Positions 1-9,730 of a DNA stretch of 24,993 nucleotides are shown here, piece by piece. The notes below the pieces were generated by a model, which saw only the letters and a list, made by a program, of their open reading frames with translations, did not search any database and was not told the DNA's origin. A program made the translations under genes and the position numbers. The DNA is from Acidobacteriota bacterium (GTDB lineage Bacteria > Acidobacteriota > UBA6911 > RPQK01 > JANQFM01), in the NCBI GenBank assembly GCA_041578355.1, contig JBFGHF010000001.1:1-24993 (forward strand). Reading direction: 5' to 3'. Position 1 is the first letter of the stretch; every line of letters begins with the position of its first letter.

Positions 1-738
<738 letters not shown>

Positions 739-936
739 GCTCGAAATCTCCACTTAGGGTTGGCGCGGAAACAAGTTTACAGAACTCGCACCTGAATTGG
801 GCGTCGGATTGCGTCGATCCGAGGAAGCGAAACCGCTAGCGTAGCGGGGCCCAGGTTGAGGACTCTATGACTGAAGCTCGGCCCCGGGCGACCCAAGGTG
901 GGATGCGAAATTGGAAATTCAACCCAGCGCCGACCC

Positions 937-1320
937 TCACTCCTCGTCCAGGTATGCACGGTACTCTGCAGCCGAGAGCAGGTCTTCCAGCTCATCGCGT
1001 TTGGCGGGAAGGAGCTTGAAGATCCAGCCTCCCACGTAGGGATCTTCGTTGAGCGTTTCAGGAACCGAGTCCAGGCTTTCATTGACTTCGATGATCTTTC
1101 CCGACAAAGGGGTGTAGATCTCCGAGACGGCCTTGACGGATTCGACCGTCGCCACGGCTTCGCCGGCCTCCCAAGTTGAGTCGACGTCCGGCAACTCGAC
1201 GAAGACGACGTCTCCCAACTCGTTCTGAGCATAGTCGGTGATTCCGACGGCCGCTCCACTGTCCTCGACCCTCACCCACTCGTGTTCTCTGGTATAGAGC
1301 AAATCTTTCGGAAGGTCCAT
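937..1320 (-). CDS. gcvH: Glycine cleavage system H protein (127 aa)
   Basis: MDLPKDLLYTREHEWVRVE...VGITDYAQNELGDVVFVELP...VESVKAVSEIYTP (lipoyl-Lys motif)...NEDPYVGGWIFK. ATG 1320 is preceded by a purine-rich RBS (AAGGAAAGAGGG). The ORF-track start at 1476 is an upstream extension. Confidence 0.97.
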   Translation of the reverse strand: MDLPKDLLYTREHEWVRVEDSGAAVGITDYAQNELGDVVFVELPDVDSTWEAGEAVATVESVKAVSEIYTPLSGKIIEVNESLDSVPETLNEDPYVGGWIFKLLPAKRDELEDLLSAAEYRAYLDEE

Positions 1321-1381
1321 GGTCCCTCTTTCCTTTTGATCGTCTCGAATATGTCCGGGTCCGTCCAGCGATCCTTGTGCT

Positions 1382-2476
1382 TCATGACTTGGGCCGTTTG
1401 TAGAAGGGGGTCGGTACGACTCGAGCCTTGAGGTGCCGGCCGCGAATCTCCACCTCCAATTCGGTTCCGACCGCACTGCTCTCGGCGGGCAGATAGGTCA
1501 GCCCCACCGCTTTCTCGATTGACGGACAGTAGCTGCCACTGGTGACATTGCCGGACACTTTTCCGTTCATGAAGACCGGATAATGGTCGCGCGCGATCCC
1601 GCGGTCCACCATTTCGAACCCGGTCAGCTTTCGTCCCACCCCGGCTTTCTTCTGTTCCAGCAGAGCCTGTTTGCCGATGAAATCGTCCTTGTCGAGCTTG
1701 ACGATCCAGCCCAACCCGGCTTCCAGCGGAGTGGTGGTTTCGTCGATGTCGTTGCCGTAAAGGGCGTATCGGACCTCGAGTCGAAGCGTATTGCGGGCCG
1801 CCAGTCCCGCCGGCTGAATGCCCTCCTCCTCGCCTGCCTCGAACAGGCGGGTCCAGACCTTCTCGGCGTGGCGCGGCGAGAAGTAGATCTCGAAACCGTC
1901 CTCACCGGTGTACCCGGTGCGGGAAATCAGGGTCTCGGTGTCGGCCACCATGCCTTCCGCGCAATGGTAGAAGGACAGTTTGGCGAGGTCGATTTCCGTC
2001 AGTTTCTGCAAAACGGCTTGGGCGCGAGGTCCTTGCACAGCGAGTTGCACGAAGTCGTCGCTGCGGTCCGCCACCTCGACCCGGCCCTCGCTCTGTCCAC
2101 GGACCCAGCGAAAGTCCTTTTCCCGATTGGCCGCGTTGACACAGATCAGGAAGCGCTCGGCTGCCAGGCGATAGATGACGACATCGTCGATGAAGGTGCC
2201 CTCCGGCGTCAGAAACGCGGAATATTGGGCCTGAGCGTCGGCCAGCTTGGCGGCGTCATTGCAGGTGACCTTCTGAACCAGGAGCAAGGCGTCGGGGCCG
2301 CTGATCTCCAACTCTCCCATGTGGCTGACGTCGAAAACACCCAAGGCTTCGCGGACGGCCCGATGTTCGGGCATGGCTCCCCCGAACTGGACCGGGAGAT
2401 CCCAGCCTGCGAAGGGGACCATTCTCGCGCCCAGCTCTTGGTGGATGGTATGGAAGGCGGTCTTTTTCAGGGTCAA
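1382..2476 (-). CDS. gcvT: Glycine cleavage system aminomethyltransferase T protein (364 aa)
   Basis: LKKTAFH...GARMVPFAGWDLPVQF...FDVSHMGE...SRTGYTGEDGFEI...GLAARNTLRLE...VVPTPFYKR. The TTG start at 2476 overlaps the upstream TGA stop (TTGA). Confidence 0.97.
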   Translation of the reverse strand: MTLKKTAFHTIHQELGARMVPFAGWDLPVQFGGAMPEHRAVREALGVFDVSHMGELEISGPDALLLVQKVTCNDAAKLADAQAQYSAFLTPEGTFIDDVVIYRLAAERFLICVNAANREKDFRWVRGQSEGRVEVADRSDDFVQLAVQGPRAQAVLQKLTEIDLAKLSFYHCAEGMVADTETLISRTGYTGEDGFEIYFSPRHAEKVWTRLFEAGEEEGIQPAGLAARNTLRLEVRYALYGNDIDETTTPLEAGLGWIVKLDKDDFIGKQALLEQKKAGVGRKLTGFEMVDRGIARDHYPVFMNGKVSGNVTSGSYCPSIEKAVGLTYLPAESSAVGTELEVEIRGRHLKARVVPTPFYKRPKS

Positions 2477-2895
2477 GGCAGTTCGCTCGGGCTCTTGAAA
2501 AACTGCTGCTCGGTGAGTGCCCGAAAGAACGCCATACCGAGCAGCGACGAGCGGCTGGGCGGGGCGGTCGAGTAGGTCCACACCGCCACCGACACGTCAC
2601 GGCCCACCACGGTTTGAATGTCGTAAAGAGCGTTGGTGGCCTGTATCCTCGCTCCCATCGGGCCCGGGTCCGGTTCCAAGATCAGAATGTCCACCCTCAC
2701 CGCCAGACCCTCATCGGCCACGCTGAGGATCTCGTAGGCGCTGGGCGACATCTCGAGGATTCGAGTCTTGTATCCCTCGAATCCGGCCAGTCCCTCGAGA
2801 GGCACGGCTGGGCTCTGGAAGAAGATGCTGTAAAAAATGAAGAGCGGCAACCCGATCGCAATCAAGAGCAACAGAACGACCGCCTTCATGCTCAT
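2473..2895 (-). CDS. Hypothetical membrane-anchored/exported protein (140 aa), first gene of the gcv operon
   Basis: N-terminal hydrophobic helix (KAVVLLLLIAIGLPLFIFYSIFF) followed by a soluble domain of normal composition. Its stop overlaps the gcvT start by 4 nt. No family recognised. Confidence 0.75.
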   Translation of the reverse strand: MSMKAVVLLLLIAIGLPLFIFYSIFFQSPAVPLEGLAGFEGYKTRILEMSPSAYEILSVADEGLAVRVDILILEPDPGPMGARIQATNALYDIQTVVGRDVSVAVWTYSTAPPSRSSLLGMAFFRALTEQQFFKSPSELP

Positions 2896-2904
2896 GAGGT
2901 CAGA

Positions 2905-2913
2905 AGTGTATCA
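2905..2913 (-). promoter_or_regulatory. Extended -10 promoter element (TG-a-TACACT) for the orf-gcvT-gcvH-gcvP operon
   Basis: The minus strand reads tctgTGaTACACTtctgacctcATG. The hexamer ends 9 nt before ATG 2895 and there is no SD. Confidence 0.45.
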
Positions 2914-3051
2914 CAGACCCCGGTCCATTCCCGGCTCGGAAAACCGGGCGCTCGAGCTGTTCGTTTTGAAACATTTGCCCCGCCGTTTCATCGAAGAAGA
3001 ACGGTGACCGATGGGGCGCCGGATGCGGTTTTCGCTTGCAGAGGAGAAGCC

Positions 3052-3993
3052 ATGACTGGAATGGATGAGATCAAGAACTTCAAAGATCCCTTGATGGATC
3101 GAGTCAACCCCAAACAGGAATCGAACCACAATTCGGGACCTCCCCCCGCGCCCGCTTCGCAGAAGGGAGGAGGCGGCAGCCGGGGTCTGGTCGTGGCCGG
3201 CGTACTGCTTGTCGCGGTGCTTCTCGGTCTTGGCTATTTTCTCTATCAAGCCCAGCAACAGATCCTGGCCCTCAACCAAGACCTGTTGACCAGCCAGGAG
3301 CGCCTCGCCGAGGTGGGAAGCGAGCTTTCCGAATCGCAAGAAAAGATCGGCGGCCTCCAGGACGGACTCGACCAAAGCACATCGCAGCTATCGGCTCAAG
3401 GCCGCGAGTTGGGCCGCTACAAACAGCTTTACAGCAACCTGCGCGACGAACAAGGCGCCCACGGCAAGGAGATCGAGGCCCTCGCCGTCCGCAAGGCCGA
3501 TCAGAGCCAAGTGGATTCTCTGAGGGATCAGGCTTCGGGGATCGAAGCGAATGTGGGCCAGCTCGATTCACGGCTGTCCCAGACCAGTTCGAACGTCGCC
3601 GATCTGCGCGAGATGAGCACCCGAAACCGACAGGACCTGGAGGGCGTGACGGGCGAGCTGGAGTTGGTCCGCAGGACCGCGTCGGGCAACAGTGATGAGA
3701 TCGCGGGAGTCAAACGGTCGCTGGAGCGCGACGAATACAACTTCGAGCTCCACAAGAGCGGCGGTGTGATGAAGGTCTTCGACGTGGCTCTGAGCCTCAA
3801 AAAGGTGGACTACAAGAAGAAGAGCTACACCATCGAGATCCTGGCCGGCGGCGAGCGCGTGAGACACAAGAACCAGAGCATCAACGTGCCCATCCAGTTC
3901 TACGTAGACCCCGCCAAGAAGCCCTACGAACTGGTGGTGAGCCGCGTCGACAAGGGTGCGGTGGTGGGGCAGTTGCGCGTTCCCAAGGGGTAA
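3052..3993 (+). CDS. Single-pass membrane protein with long coiled coil and C-terminal beta-rich domain (313 aa); resembles a conserved Acidobacteria hypothetical family
   Basis: GAGGAG RBS before ATG 3052. Low-complexity N-terminal tail, TM segment GLVVAGVLLVAVLLGLGYFLY, and about 180 aa of heptad-like Q/E/L/S-rich sequence. C-terminal ERDEYNFELHK...SLKKVDYKK...PIQFYV...PYELVV...GQLRVPK resembles an acidobacterial family (recalled, not searched). Confidence 0.85.
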   Translation: MTGMDEIKNFKDPLMDRVNPKQESNHNSGPPPAPASQKGGGGSRGLVVAGVLLVAVLLGLGYFLYQAQQQILALNQDLLTSQERLAEVGSELSESQEKIGGLQDGLDQSTSQLSAQGRELGRYKQLYSNLRDEQGAHGKEIEALAVRKADQSQVDSLRDQASGIEANVGQLDSRLSQTSSNVADLREMSTRNRQDLEGVTGELELVRRTASGNSDEIAGVKRSLERDEYNFELHKSGGVMKVFDVALSLKKVDYKKKSYTIEILAGGERVRHKNQSINVPIQFYVDPAKKPYELVVSRVDKGAVVGQLRVPKG

Positions 3994-4020
3994 GCAAGCC
4001 CTCGCCGCATGGCAACGCCA

Positions 4021-4165
4021 AACAGGGCCAATGAACCAAGTCTTTTACCGCTCGACTTGGTTCATTGGCACTGTTCCATGTTGGTCCTGCTGGAGATCGG
4101 CCCGTTGCCGCTTCAACACGCCAACCCCCAACAGCAGCGACACCAACAGGACCAATGAACCGAGT
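4021..4165. repeat. Structured intergenic element: two long hairpins plus a 21-nt imperfect direct repeat
   Basis: Perfect 16-bp inverted repeat GCCAATGAACCAAGTC (4027-4042) / GACTTGGTTCATTGGC (4054-4069), extendable to 22 bp with one mismatch. Second stem 4081-4093 / 4143-4155 (12 of 13). Direct repeat AACAGGRCCAATGAACCRAGT at 4021-4041 and 4145-4165. Confidence 0.8.
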
Positions 4166-4206
4166 TTCCTGATCGCCTTCCCACAAGCTGGCGGCGAATT
4201 CCTCCG

Positions 4207-4236
4207 TTGACTTCGCCTCCTCTCCCCTCCTACCAT
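4207..4236 (+). promoter_or_regulatory. Sigma70-type promoter for the M28 peptidase
   Basis: TTGACT (4207-4212), 18-nt spacer, TACCAT (4231-4236). GAGGAG RBS at 4254-4259. Confidence 0.55.
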
Positions 4237-4266
4237 CCCACATCACGAAGAATGAGGAGTTGCTCG

Positions 4267-5943
4267 ATGACGCGTTTTATCGTATTGCTTTCGATCGGAC
4301 TGCTGGGCCTGCTGGCGGCCTGTGTGGACGAGCCTGCCCCACCTGCCGGGCCTGAAATCGACCAGGACGCAATTCTCGCCGATGTGCTCGCTTTGTCGGC
4401 TGACGAGATGGAGGGTCGCGGGGCCGGAACCCCGGGGGAGGAGAAGGCCGCCGCCTACATCGAATCCCGATTTCGCGAAGTCGGGCTCCAGCCCGTTGCG
4501 GGGTCTTATTTTCAGAGCGTCAAGTTGGTGGGAACCAAGAAGGTGGCTGAACAATCTTCGCTGACCATTCAGCGGGGCGGCAGGGAACTGTCGTACGAGA
4601 ACGAAAAGACGCTCACCTACTGGTCGACATCGCAAAAGGAGCGGGTCGAGATCGATTCCGCGCCTCTTCTCTTCGTGGGCTACGGAGTGGAGGCACCCGA
4701 ATACGATTGGGACGATTTCAAGGGCGCGGAACTGGCGGGCAAGGTCCTGCTCTTTCTCAACGACGACCCGCCCGTCTCCGAGGACGGAACGGAGCTGTTC
4801 GGCGGAGCGGCCCGGACCTACTACGGACGCTGGACCTACAAGTTCGAGCAGGCCATGAAGCACGGAGCGGCCGGCGCCTTGATGATCCACACCGAGCCCT
4901 CGGCCAGCTATCCCTTCAGCGTGGTCCAGCACAGCGGCGCCGAGGAACATTTCGCGCTCGATCTGCCGGGAAGCGGTTATCAGGTGGATCTGGTGGGATG
5001 GGTAGACGAAGACACCTCCAACCGGATCGCTCGCGCCATGGACACCGATCTGGCCGGCTTGTTCGCCAGGGGCGCCGAGAGGGATTTTTCGCCCGTCGAC
5101 ACCGGATACCGTGTGAGCGCCGGGATCCAAACCGAGATCAGGCGATTGGAGACCCGCAACGTGATGGGTGTATTGGAGGGCTCGGACGCCGCGCTGAAGG
5201 ATCAAACCATCGTATTTTCAGCTCATTACGACCATATCGGGACCAATCCCGACCTTCCCGGGGAGGACAAGATCTTCAACGGAGCCTGGGACAACGCGGC
5301 GGGGACGGCCGCAATCATCAGCTTGGCCGACGCCTTCGTGAAATCGGCCCAGGCGCCCCGGCGCTCGCTGCTGTTTCTGGCTTGCGCCGCCGAGGAAAGC
5401 GGCTCGCTGGGCAGCCGCTGGTTCGTCAACCAGCCCCCATTCGAGAAGAGTCGACTGGTGGCCAACTTCAACATCGACATGCCCCAGATCTTCGGCGTGA
5501 CCTCCGACCTGGCCGCCATCGGAGTGGATACCAACACCTTGGGTGACGTGCTCAGGGAAGTGGCCGCCGAACACCAAGTCAACCTGGCCGACGGAAGCAC
5601 AAAAGCGCTGCGCGTGACCGGAGATCCCGACCCGGGTGCGGGCAGCTTCTACCGCTCCGACCAGGTCAACTTCGCCAAGGCCGGAATCCCCGCCCTCTTC
5701 CTCAATCCGGGCGTCGACTACGTCGCCGAACTCGGCTTCGATCCCGAGGAGTACCACACGACGCACTATCATCAGGTGGCCGATGAAGTGGACGAGGCCT
5801 GGGATCTGGCAGGTCTGGAGCGCGATCTGAAGGTGGTCTTCGAAACCGCTCTTCGCGTCGCCAACGCCGACTCGATGCCGCGCTGGGTCCCGGGTCACGA
5901 GTTCGAGGAAGAGTGGAAGGCGCTGCACGGTGCTGACCGCTGA
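4267..5943 (+). CDS. M28-family metallopeptidase with PA domain, predicted lipoprotein (558 aa)
   Basis: Lipobox LLGLLAAC after a hydrophobic signal. DEMEGRGAGTPGE; PA-domain segment FVGYGVEAPEYDWDDFKG...YYGRWTYKFE; zinc-ligand motifs SAHYDH, NGAWDNAAG, AEESGSLGS, NFNIDM, RSDQ, YHQVAD. Confidence 0.93.
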   Translation: MTRFIVLLSIGLLGLLAACVDEPAPPAGPEIDQDAILADVLALSADEMEGRGAGTPGEEKAAAYIESRFREVGLQPVAGSYFQSVKLVGTKKVAEQSSLTIQRGGRELSYENEKTLTYWSTSQKERVEIDSAPLLFVGYGVEAPEYDWDDFKGAELAGKVLLFLNDDPPVSEDGTELFGGAARTYYGRWTYKFEQAMKHGAAGALMIHTEPSASYPFSVVQHSGAEEHFALDLPGSGYQVDLVGWVDEDTSNRIARAMDTDLAGLFARGAERDFSPVDTGYRVSAGIQTEIRRLETRNVMGVLEGSDAALKDQTIVFSAHYDHIGTNPDLPGEDKIFNGAWDNAAGTAAIISLADAFVKSAQAPRRSLLFLACAAEESGSLGSRWFVNQPPFEKSRLVANFNIDMPQIFGVTSDLAAIGVDTNTLGDVLREVAAEHQVNLADGSTKALRVTGDPDPGAGSFYRSDQVNFAKAGIPALFLNPGVDYVAELGFDPEEYHTTHYHQVADEVDEAWDLAGLERDLKVVFETALRVANADSMPRWVPGHEFEEEWKALHGADR

Positions 5944-5952
5944 CGGCTGACG
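5932..5952 (+). repeat. Short tandem heptamer repeat GCTGAC(C/G) x3 spanning the peptidase stop codon
   Basis: Sequence reads gctgacc gctgacg gctgacg gct. Confidence 0.6.
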
Positions 5953-6079
5953 GCTTGCCGCTTACGGCGGGGCGGCCACCCGTCGACAGAACTTCGTTCG
6001 AACGCGACGCTGTCAGGGCTGCTCGCGACGAATCACCGCCGGTCTGCATTTTCCGGAATCGGAATCCGAACCCGAAAAC

Positions 6080-7909
6080 TCAGTCGTCCAACCTCAGCAC
6101 GCTGAGGAACGCTTCCTGCGGGATCTGGATCTGGCCCACTGCTTTCATTCGGCGCTTCCCGGCCTTCTGCTTTTCAAGCAGTTTGCGCTTGCGGGTGACG
6201 TCGCCCCCGTAGAGCTTGGCGATCACGTTCTTGCGCATCTGGGGGATTCGCTCGGCCGCGATCACTTTTTGGCCCAAGGCCGCCTGCAGCCGGATCTCGA
6301 AGAGTTGGCGGGGCAGGATATCCTTGAGTTTCTTGACCAGGGACTTGCCCCTGGGGTAGGCCTTTTCCTTGTGGGTGATCAGACTCAAGGCGTCCAAGGG
6401 CTCATTGTTGACGCGGATGTCGAGCTTCACCAGGTCGCCTTCGCGGTATCCCAGCCATTCGTAGTCGAAGGAGGCGTAACCGCGGGTGCGGCTTTTGAGG
6501 GTGTCGAAGAAATCGAGCAGGATCTCGGCCAGGGGAAGCTCGTAATGAAGGATGACGCGGTCGGTCCCGCTGTATTCCATATGTTTGAAGACGCCGCGGC
6601 GGTCGGTGCACAACTCCATGCAAGCCCCCACGTAATCGTTGGGCGTGATGATGGTGGCCTCGACGAAGGGTTCTTCGACCCTCTCGATTTCTCCCCGGTC
6701 GGGCCAGCGGGTGGGGTTGTCGATCAGCTCGACCGACCCGTTTCTCAAGGTCAATTGATAAACCACCGAAGGACTCGTCGCCACCAGTTCCAGCTCGAAC
6801 TCCCTCTCCAGGCGCTCTTGAATGATTTCGCTGTGCAGCAAGCCGAGGAACCCGCAGCGGTACCCGAATCCCAAGGCGGCCGAGGTCTCGGGCTCGAATG
6901 AGAGCGCTGCGTCGTTGAGCTGCAGCCGGCTCAGCGCCTCGCGCAGCTCGGGAAACTGATCGCTGTCCACCGGGTAGAGTCCGCAGAAGACCATGGGCTT
7001 CACCTTCCGGTAACCCGGAAGGGGCTTGGCGGCGCGCCGCTCGGCCTCCGTCATGGTGTCTCCCACCTGGCACTGGCCGATCGACTTGATGGCGGCGTGG
7101 ACGAAGCCGACCTGGCCGCTCCGCAATTCGGAGGCGGACCTCATCTCGGGGGCGAAGACTCCCACTCCCGCCACCTCGGCCTCGTGGCCCGAGGCCATCA
7201 TCCGCACTTTGATGCCGGCCTCCAGACGTCCTTCGAAGACCCGCACGTAGGCAATGATTCCCAAGTAGGGATCGAAGTGGCTGTCGAAGACCAAAGCCCG
7301 AAGATGGCTTTCGTCCTCTCCGGACGGGGGAGGGATCCTCTCCACGATGGCTTCCAGGATTTCGTCGACTCCGATCCCGGCCTTGGCGCTGGCGAGCAGG
7401 CACTCGGATCCCTCGATGGCCAGGGTGTCCTCGATGGCCTGACGGGTTCGTTCCGGCTGGGCGGCCTCCAGATCGATCTTGTTGATGACGGGGATGATCT
7501 TGAGGTCGTGGTTCATCGCCAAGTTGACGTTGGCCAGGGTCTGGGCTTCGACGCCCTGTGCGGCGTCCACCACCAGCACTGCCCCCTCGCAAGCGGCGAG
7601 ACTTCGCGAGACCTCGTAGGTAAAGTCGACGTGCCCGGGTGTGTCGATCAGATTGAGTTCGTAAAGGTGTCCGTCGCGGGCCTGGTAATGGAGCCGGACG
7701 GCTGCCATCTTGATGGTGATTCCGCGTTCCCGCTCCAAGTCCATCTTGTCGAGGACCTGCTCGCGCATTTGCCGCCCCACGACCGTGCCGGTTTCCTCCA
7801 GCAAGCGGTCGGCCAGGGTCGACTTTCCATGGTCGATGTGGGCGATGATGCAGAAATTACGGATCCGTTGGCGGGGGATTCTCGGTTTGTGCTTGCTCTG
7901 ATCCGTCAA
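6080..7909 (-). CDS. lepA: Translation elongation factor 4 (LepA), 609 aa
   Basis: [66 protein letters not shown]-terminal [34 protein letters not shown] start at 7909 with GAGGA upstream. Confidence 0.98.
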   Translation of the reverse strand: MTDQSKHKPRIPRQRIRNFCIIAHIDHGKSTLADRLLEETGTVVGRQMREQVLDKMDLERERGITIKMAAVRLHYQARDGHLYELNLIDTPGHVDFTYEVSRSLAACEGAVLVVDAAQGVEAQTLANVNLAMNHDLKIIPVINKIDLEAAQPERTRQAIEDTLAIEGSECLLASAKAGIGVDEILEAIVERIPPPSGEDESHLRALVFDSHFDPYLGIIAYVRVFEGRLEAGIKVRMMASGHEAEVAGVGVFAPEMRSASELRSGQVGFVHAAIKSIGQCQVGDTMTEAERRAAKPLPGYRKVKPMVFCGLYPVDSDQFPELREALSRLQLNDAALSFEPETSAALGFGYRCGFLGLLHSEIIQERLEREFELELVATSPSVVYQLTLRNGSVELIDNPTRWPDRGEIERVEEPFVEATIITPNDYVGACMELCTDRRGVFKHMEYSGTDRVILHYELPLAEILLDFFDTLKSRTRGYASFDYEWLGYREGDLVKLDIRVNNEPLDALSLITHKEKAYPRGKSLVKKLKDILPRQLFEIRLQAALGQKVIAAERIPQMRKNVIAKLYGGDVTRKRKLLEKQKAGKRRMKAVGQIQIPQEAFLSVLRLDD

Positions 7910-8066
7910 TTTCTTCCTCGCAACCGAACAGCTTATAACAAATGACGAATGGCGAATGGCGCGCCAGGGCGGTGGGAAGTGCGAGGTACGAGATCTGTGG
8001 AGTTGCTGCCGGGGGACTCTGCGTCTCTTTTCCCGGCCCCGCTTTTGAGTGCCGCGAAAGAAGCTC

Positions 8067-8744
8067 CTAGCTCCGATACCAGCGTTCCAGGCGGGCTGGA
8101 GAGACACCCAGCCAGTAGCCCACCACGATCGACCAGTTGGTGATCGTGGTTCGCACCAAGCCCAGGTTTCGCCAGCGTCGAGAAGAGGTTCTGGCTCGAC
8201 CCGGGGCAATTGCGATCCGACCCTTGCGCCTCAAGCGCCGGATCAGTTCGAAGTCCTCCATGATCGGCATCTCCGGATAGCCGCCGATCTCGTCGAACAC
8301 CCTCGCGCTCACGAAGATCGCCTGGTCGCCGTACGGCGCCTGCAGCCATTTGGAGCGAAGATTGGCGACGTATTCGATGAGGCGCAGGCCGAAGCCCGGA
8401 CTGTCGATCCTCAGCAGGAAGGCTCCAGCCGAGGTCCCGGGGCGGTTCAGAACGTCCTGAACTTGTTTCTCGAAATCTTGGGGTAACTTCGTGTCCGCAT
8501 GGAGAAACAAGAGGATGTCGCCGTGTGCCTCCCTCCTGGCGGTGTTCATCTGTTTAGCGCGCCCGAGATCGGCGCGAACCACCCGGGCGCCGCAACCGGC
8601 CGCGGCCTCGGCGGTGCCGTCCAGGCTACCCCCGTCAGCCACGATTATCTCGACGCCGGGACGCCCGCAGAGGAGCCGCAAGTGTGAGTCGATCCGGTCC
8701 TCTTCGTTGAGGGCCGGGATGATTACCGAGATCTTCTCGTTCAA
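8067..8744 (-). CDS. GT2-family glycosyltransferase of the TIGR04283 (rSAM/selenodomain-associated transferase 2) type, about 225 aa
   Basis: [60 protein letters not shown] and C-terminal [10 protein letters not shown]. The start is TTG 8744 or GTG 8753. Confidence 0.9.
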   Translation of the reverse strand: MNEKISVIIPALNEEDRIDSHLRLLCGRPGVEIIVADGGSLDGTAEAAAGCGARVVRADLGRAKQMNTARREAHGDILLFLHADTKLPQDFEKQVQDVLNRPGTSAGAFLLRIDSPGFGLRLIEYVANLRSKWLQAPYGDQAIFVSARVFDEIGGYPEMPIMEDFELIRRLRRKGRIAIAPGRARTSSRRWRNLGLVRTTITNWSIVVGYWLGVSPARLERWYRS

Positions 8745-8772
8745 GCTTCTCACCCTTCGGGAGTCGGCGCTG

Positions 8773-8781
8773 AGAGTAGCA
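8773..8781 (-). promoter_or_regulatory. Extended -10 element (TG-c-TACTCT) upstream of the glycosyltransferase
   Basis: The minus strand reads cttgTGcTACTCTcagcg, about 20 nt upstream of GTG 8753. Confidence 0.35.
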
Positions 8782-8790
8782 CAAGCAGGT

Positions 8791-8811
8791 CCCCAAGGCC
8801 CGGCCTTGGGG
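8791..8811. promoter_or_regulatory. Perfect 21-bp palindrome, candidate operator between divergent genes
   Basis: CCCCAAGGCC-C-GGCCTTGGGG: 10-bp arms with a 1-nt spacer, too short a loop for a plausible RNA hairpin. Its function is inferred. Confidence 0.45.
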
Positions 8812-8908
8812 CAAGGGAACACGCCACAAAACGCCGTTTTCGGCGTGTCGCCACTTGTCGCTTGCCGGACTTTCCGGGTCGCCCCAGACTGGGTGCGGAG
8901 CGAAAAAA

Positions 8909-9730
8909 ATGATGAAGCGACATCCGGACTCGTATTGGACTCGCCGACGGATTCAAAGCCTGAGCCGCGTTCTGACCTGCGCCGTGGTGGCCGGCTCGTT
9001 GGGAACCCTCTTCTGGAATCCGCAAGGACCCTTCAGCTACTTGCTGGACGTCCTGTTGCGGACCTATCTGATGTTTCTGGGGACGGTGATGGCTCACGAA
9101 GCCGTTCACGGGCATATGGGAGCGAGCCGCTCCTCGAATTTCCGGTGGGGACGGTTTGCCCTTCTGCCCACCCTGGTGCCTTACACGAACTTCCGAAAGA
9201 CCCATCAATTGCACCACCTGCATACCAACGTCCCGGGGTGCGACCCCGATCTCTTCATGAAGCCGCGGCGGAGTTGGGAGATTCCGTTTCGCGCCTTGGC
9301 CATGCCCCACAGCTGGTTTTTCTGGTTGCGGAAGCGAGGCCGACTGAAAACTCCGGATCTGCGCGAGTTGGTCGCCAATTATCTGGGAATCGCGTTGGTC
9401 TACGGCCTGTTGTGGAGTCAGATCGGCCTCTGGCGTCTGGTTCTGGGGATCGGTCCGGCTCTGGTTTTGGTTTCCGTCCTGCTCTGGTACCCCTTCGCCA
9501 TCAAAACACATGAGGGGTTCTCCACCGGAGCCGCCGAGTCGCGCTCTCACGACTATTACGGCAAATCGATGTACTGGCTTTCGTTGGGCCTGTCGATGCA
9601 CCGCGAGCATCATCTGCAGCCGCGCCTGTCCTGGCTCGAGCTGGGAAGGTATGTCAAGTCCGCGCCGTCCGGGGAAGGATTCCGATTCTGGCCCCGCCGC
9701 GACATTCGGCAAGATAAGGAGGCGGCGTGA
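8909..9730 (+). CDS. Membrane fatty-acid desaturase / hydroxylase / ketolase superfamily protein (273 aa)
   Basis: Three His boxes HEAVH, HQLHH and HREHH with hydrophobic segments between them; HTNVPGCDPD after the second box. GGAG RBS before ATG 8909. Confidence 0.9.
   Translation: MMKRHPDSYWTRRRIQSLSRVLTCAVVAGSLGTLFWNPQGPFSYLLDVLLRTYLMFLGTVMAHEAVHGHMGASRSSNFRWGRFALLPTLVPYTNFRKTHQLHHLHTNVPGCDPDLFMKPRRSWEIPFRALAMPHSWFFWLRKRGRLKTPDLRELVANYLGIALVYGLLWSQIGLWRLVLGIGPALVLVSVLLWYPFAIKTHEGFSTGAAESRSHDYYGKSMYWLSLGLSMHREHHLQPRLSWLELGRYVKSAPSGEGFRFWPRRDIRQDKEAA

Noticed and set aside
739-936. Possible glycine riboswitch between gcvH and gcvP or upstream of gcvT
   Set aside because: No GGAGA...CCGAAG / CUCUCAGG aptamer signature was found by eye; only short dyads (TCGGAT/ATCCGA) are present. 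An Rfam scan would be decisive.
4021-4165. CRISPR mini-array interpretation of the 21-nt direct repeats
   Set aside because: Only two imperfect copies 124 nt apart, the intervening sequence is self-complementary, and there are no cas genes.
4045-4236. 63-aa minus-strand ORF as a confident CDS
   Set aside because: It overlaps the peptidase promoter and the hairpins, has no clear RBS and no recognised family. It is kept only as a speculative option in the structured-element finding.
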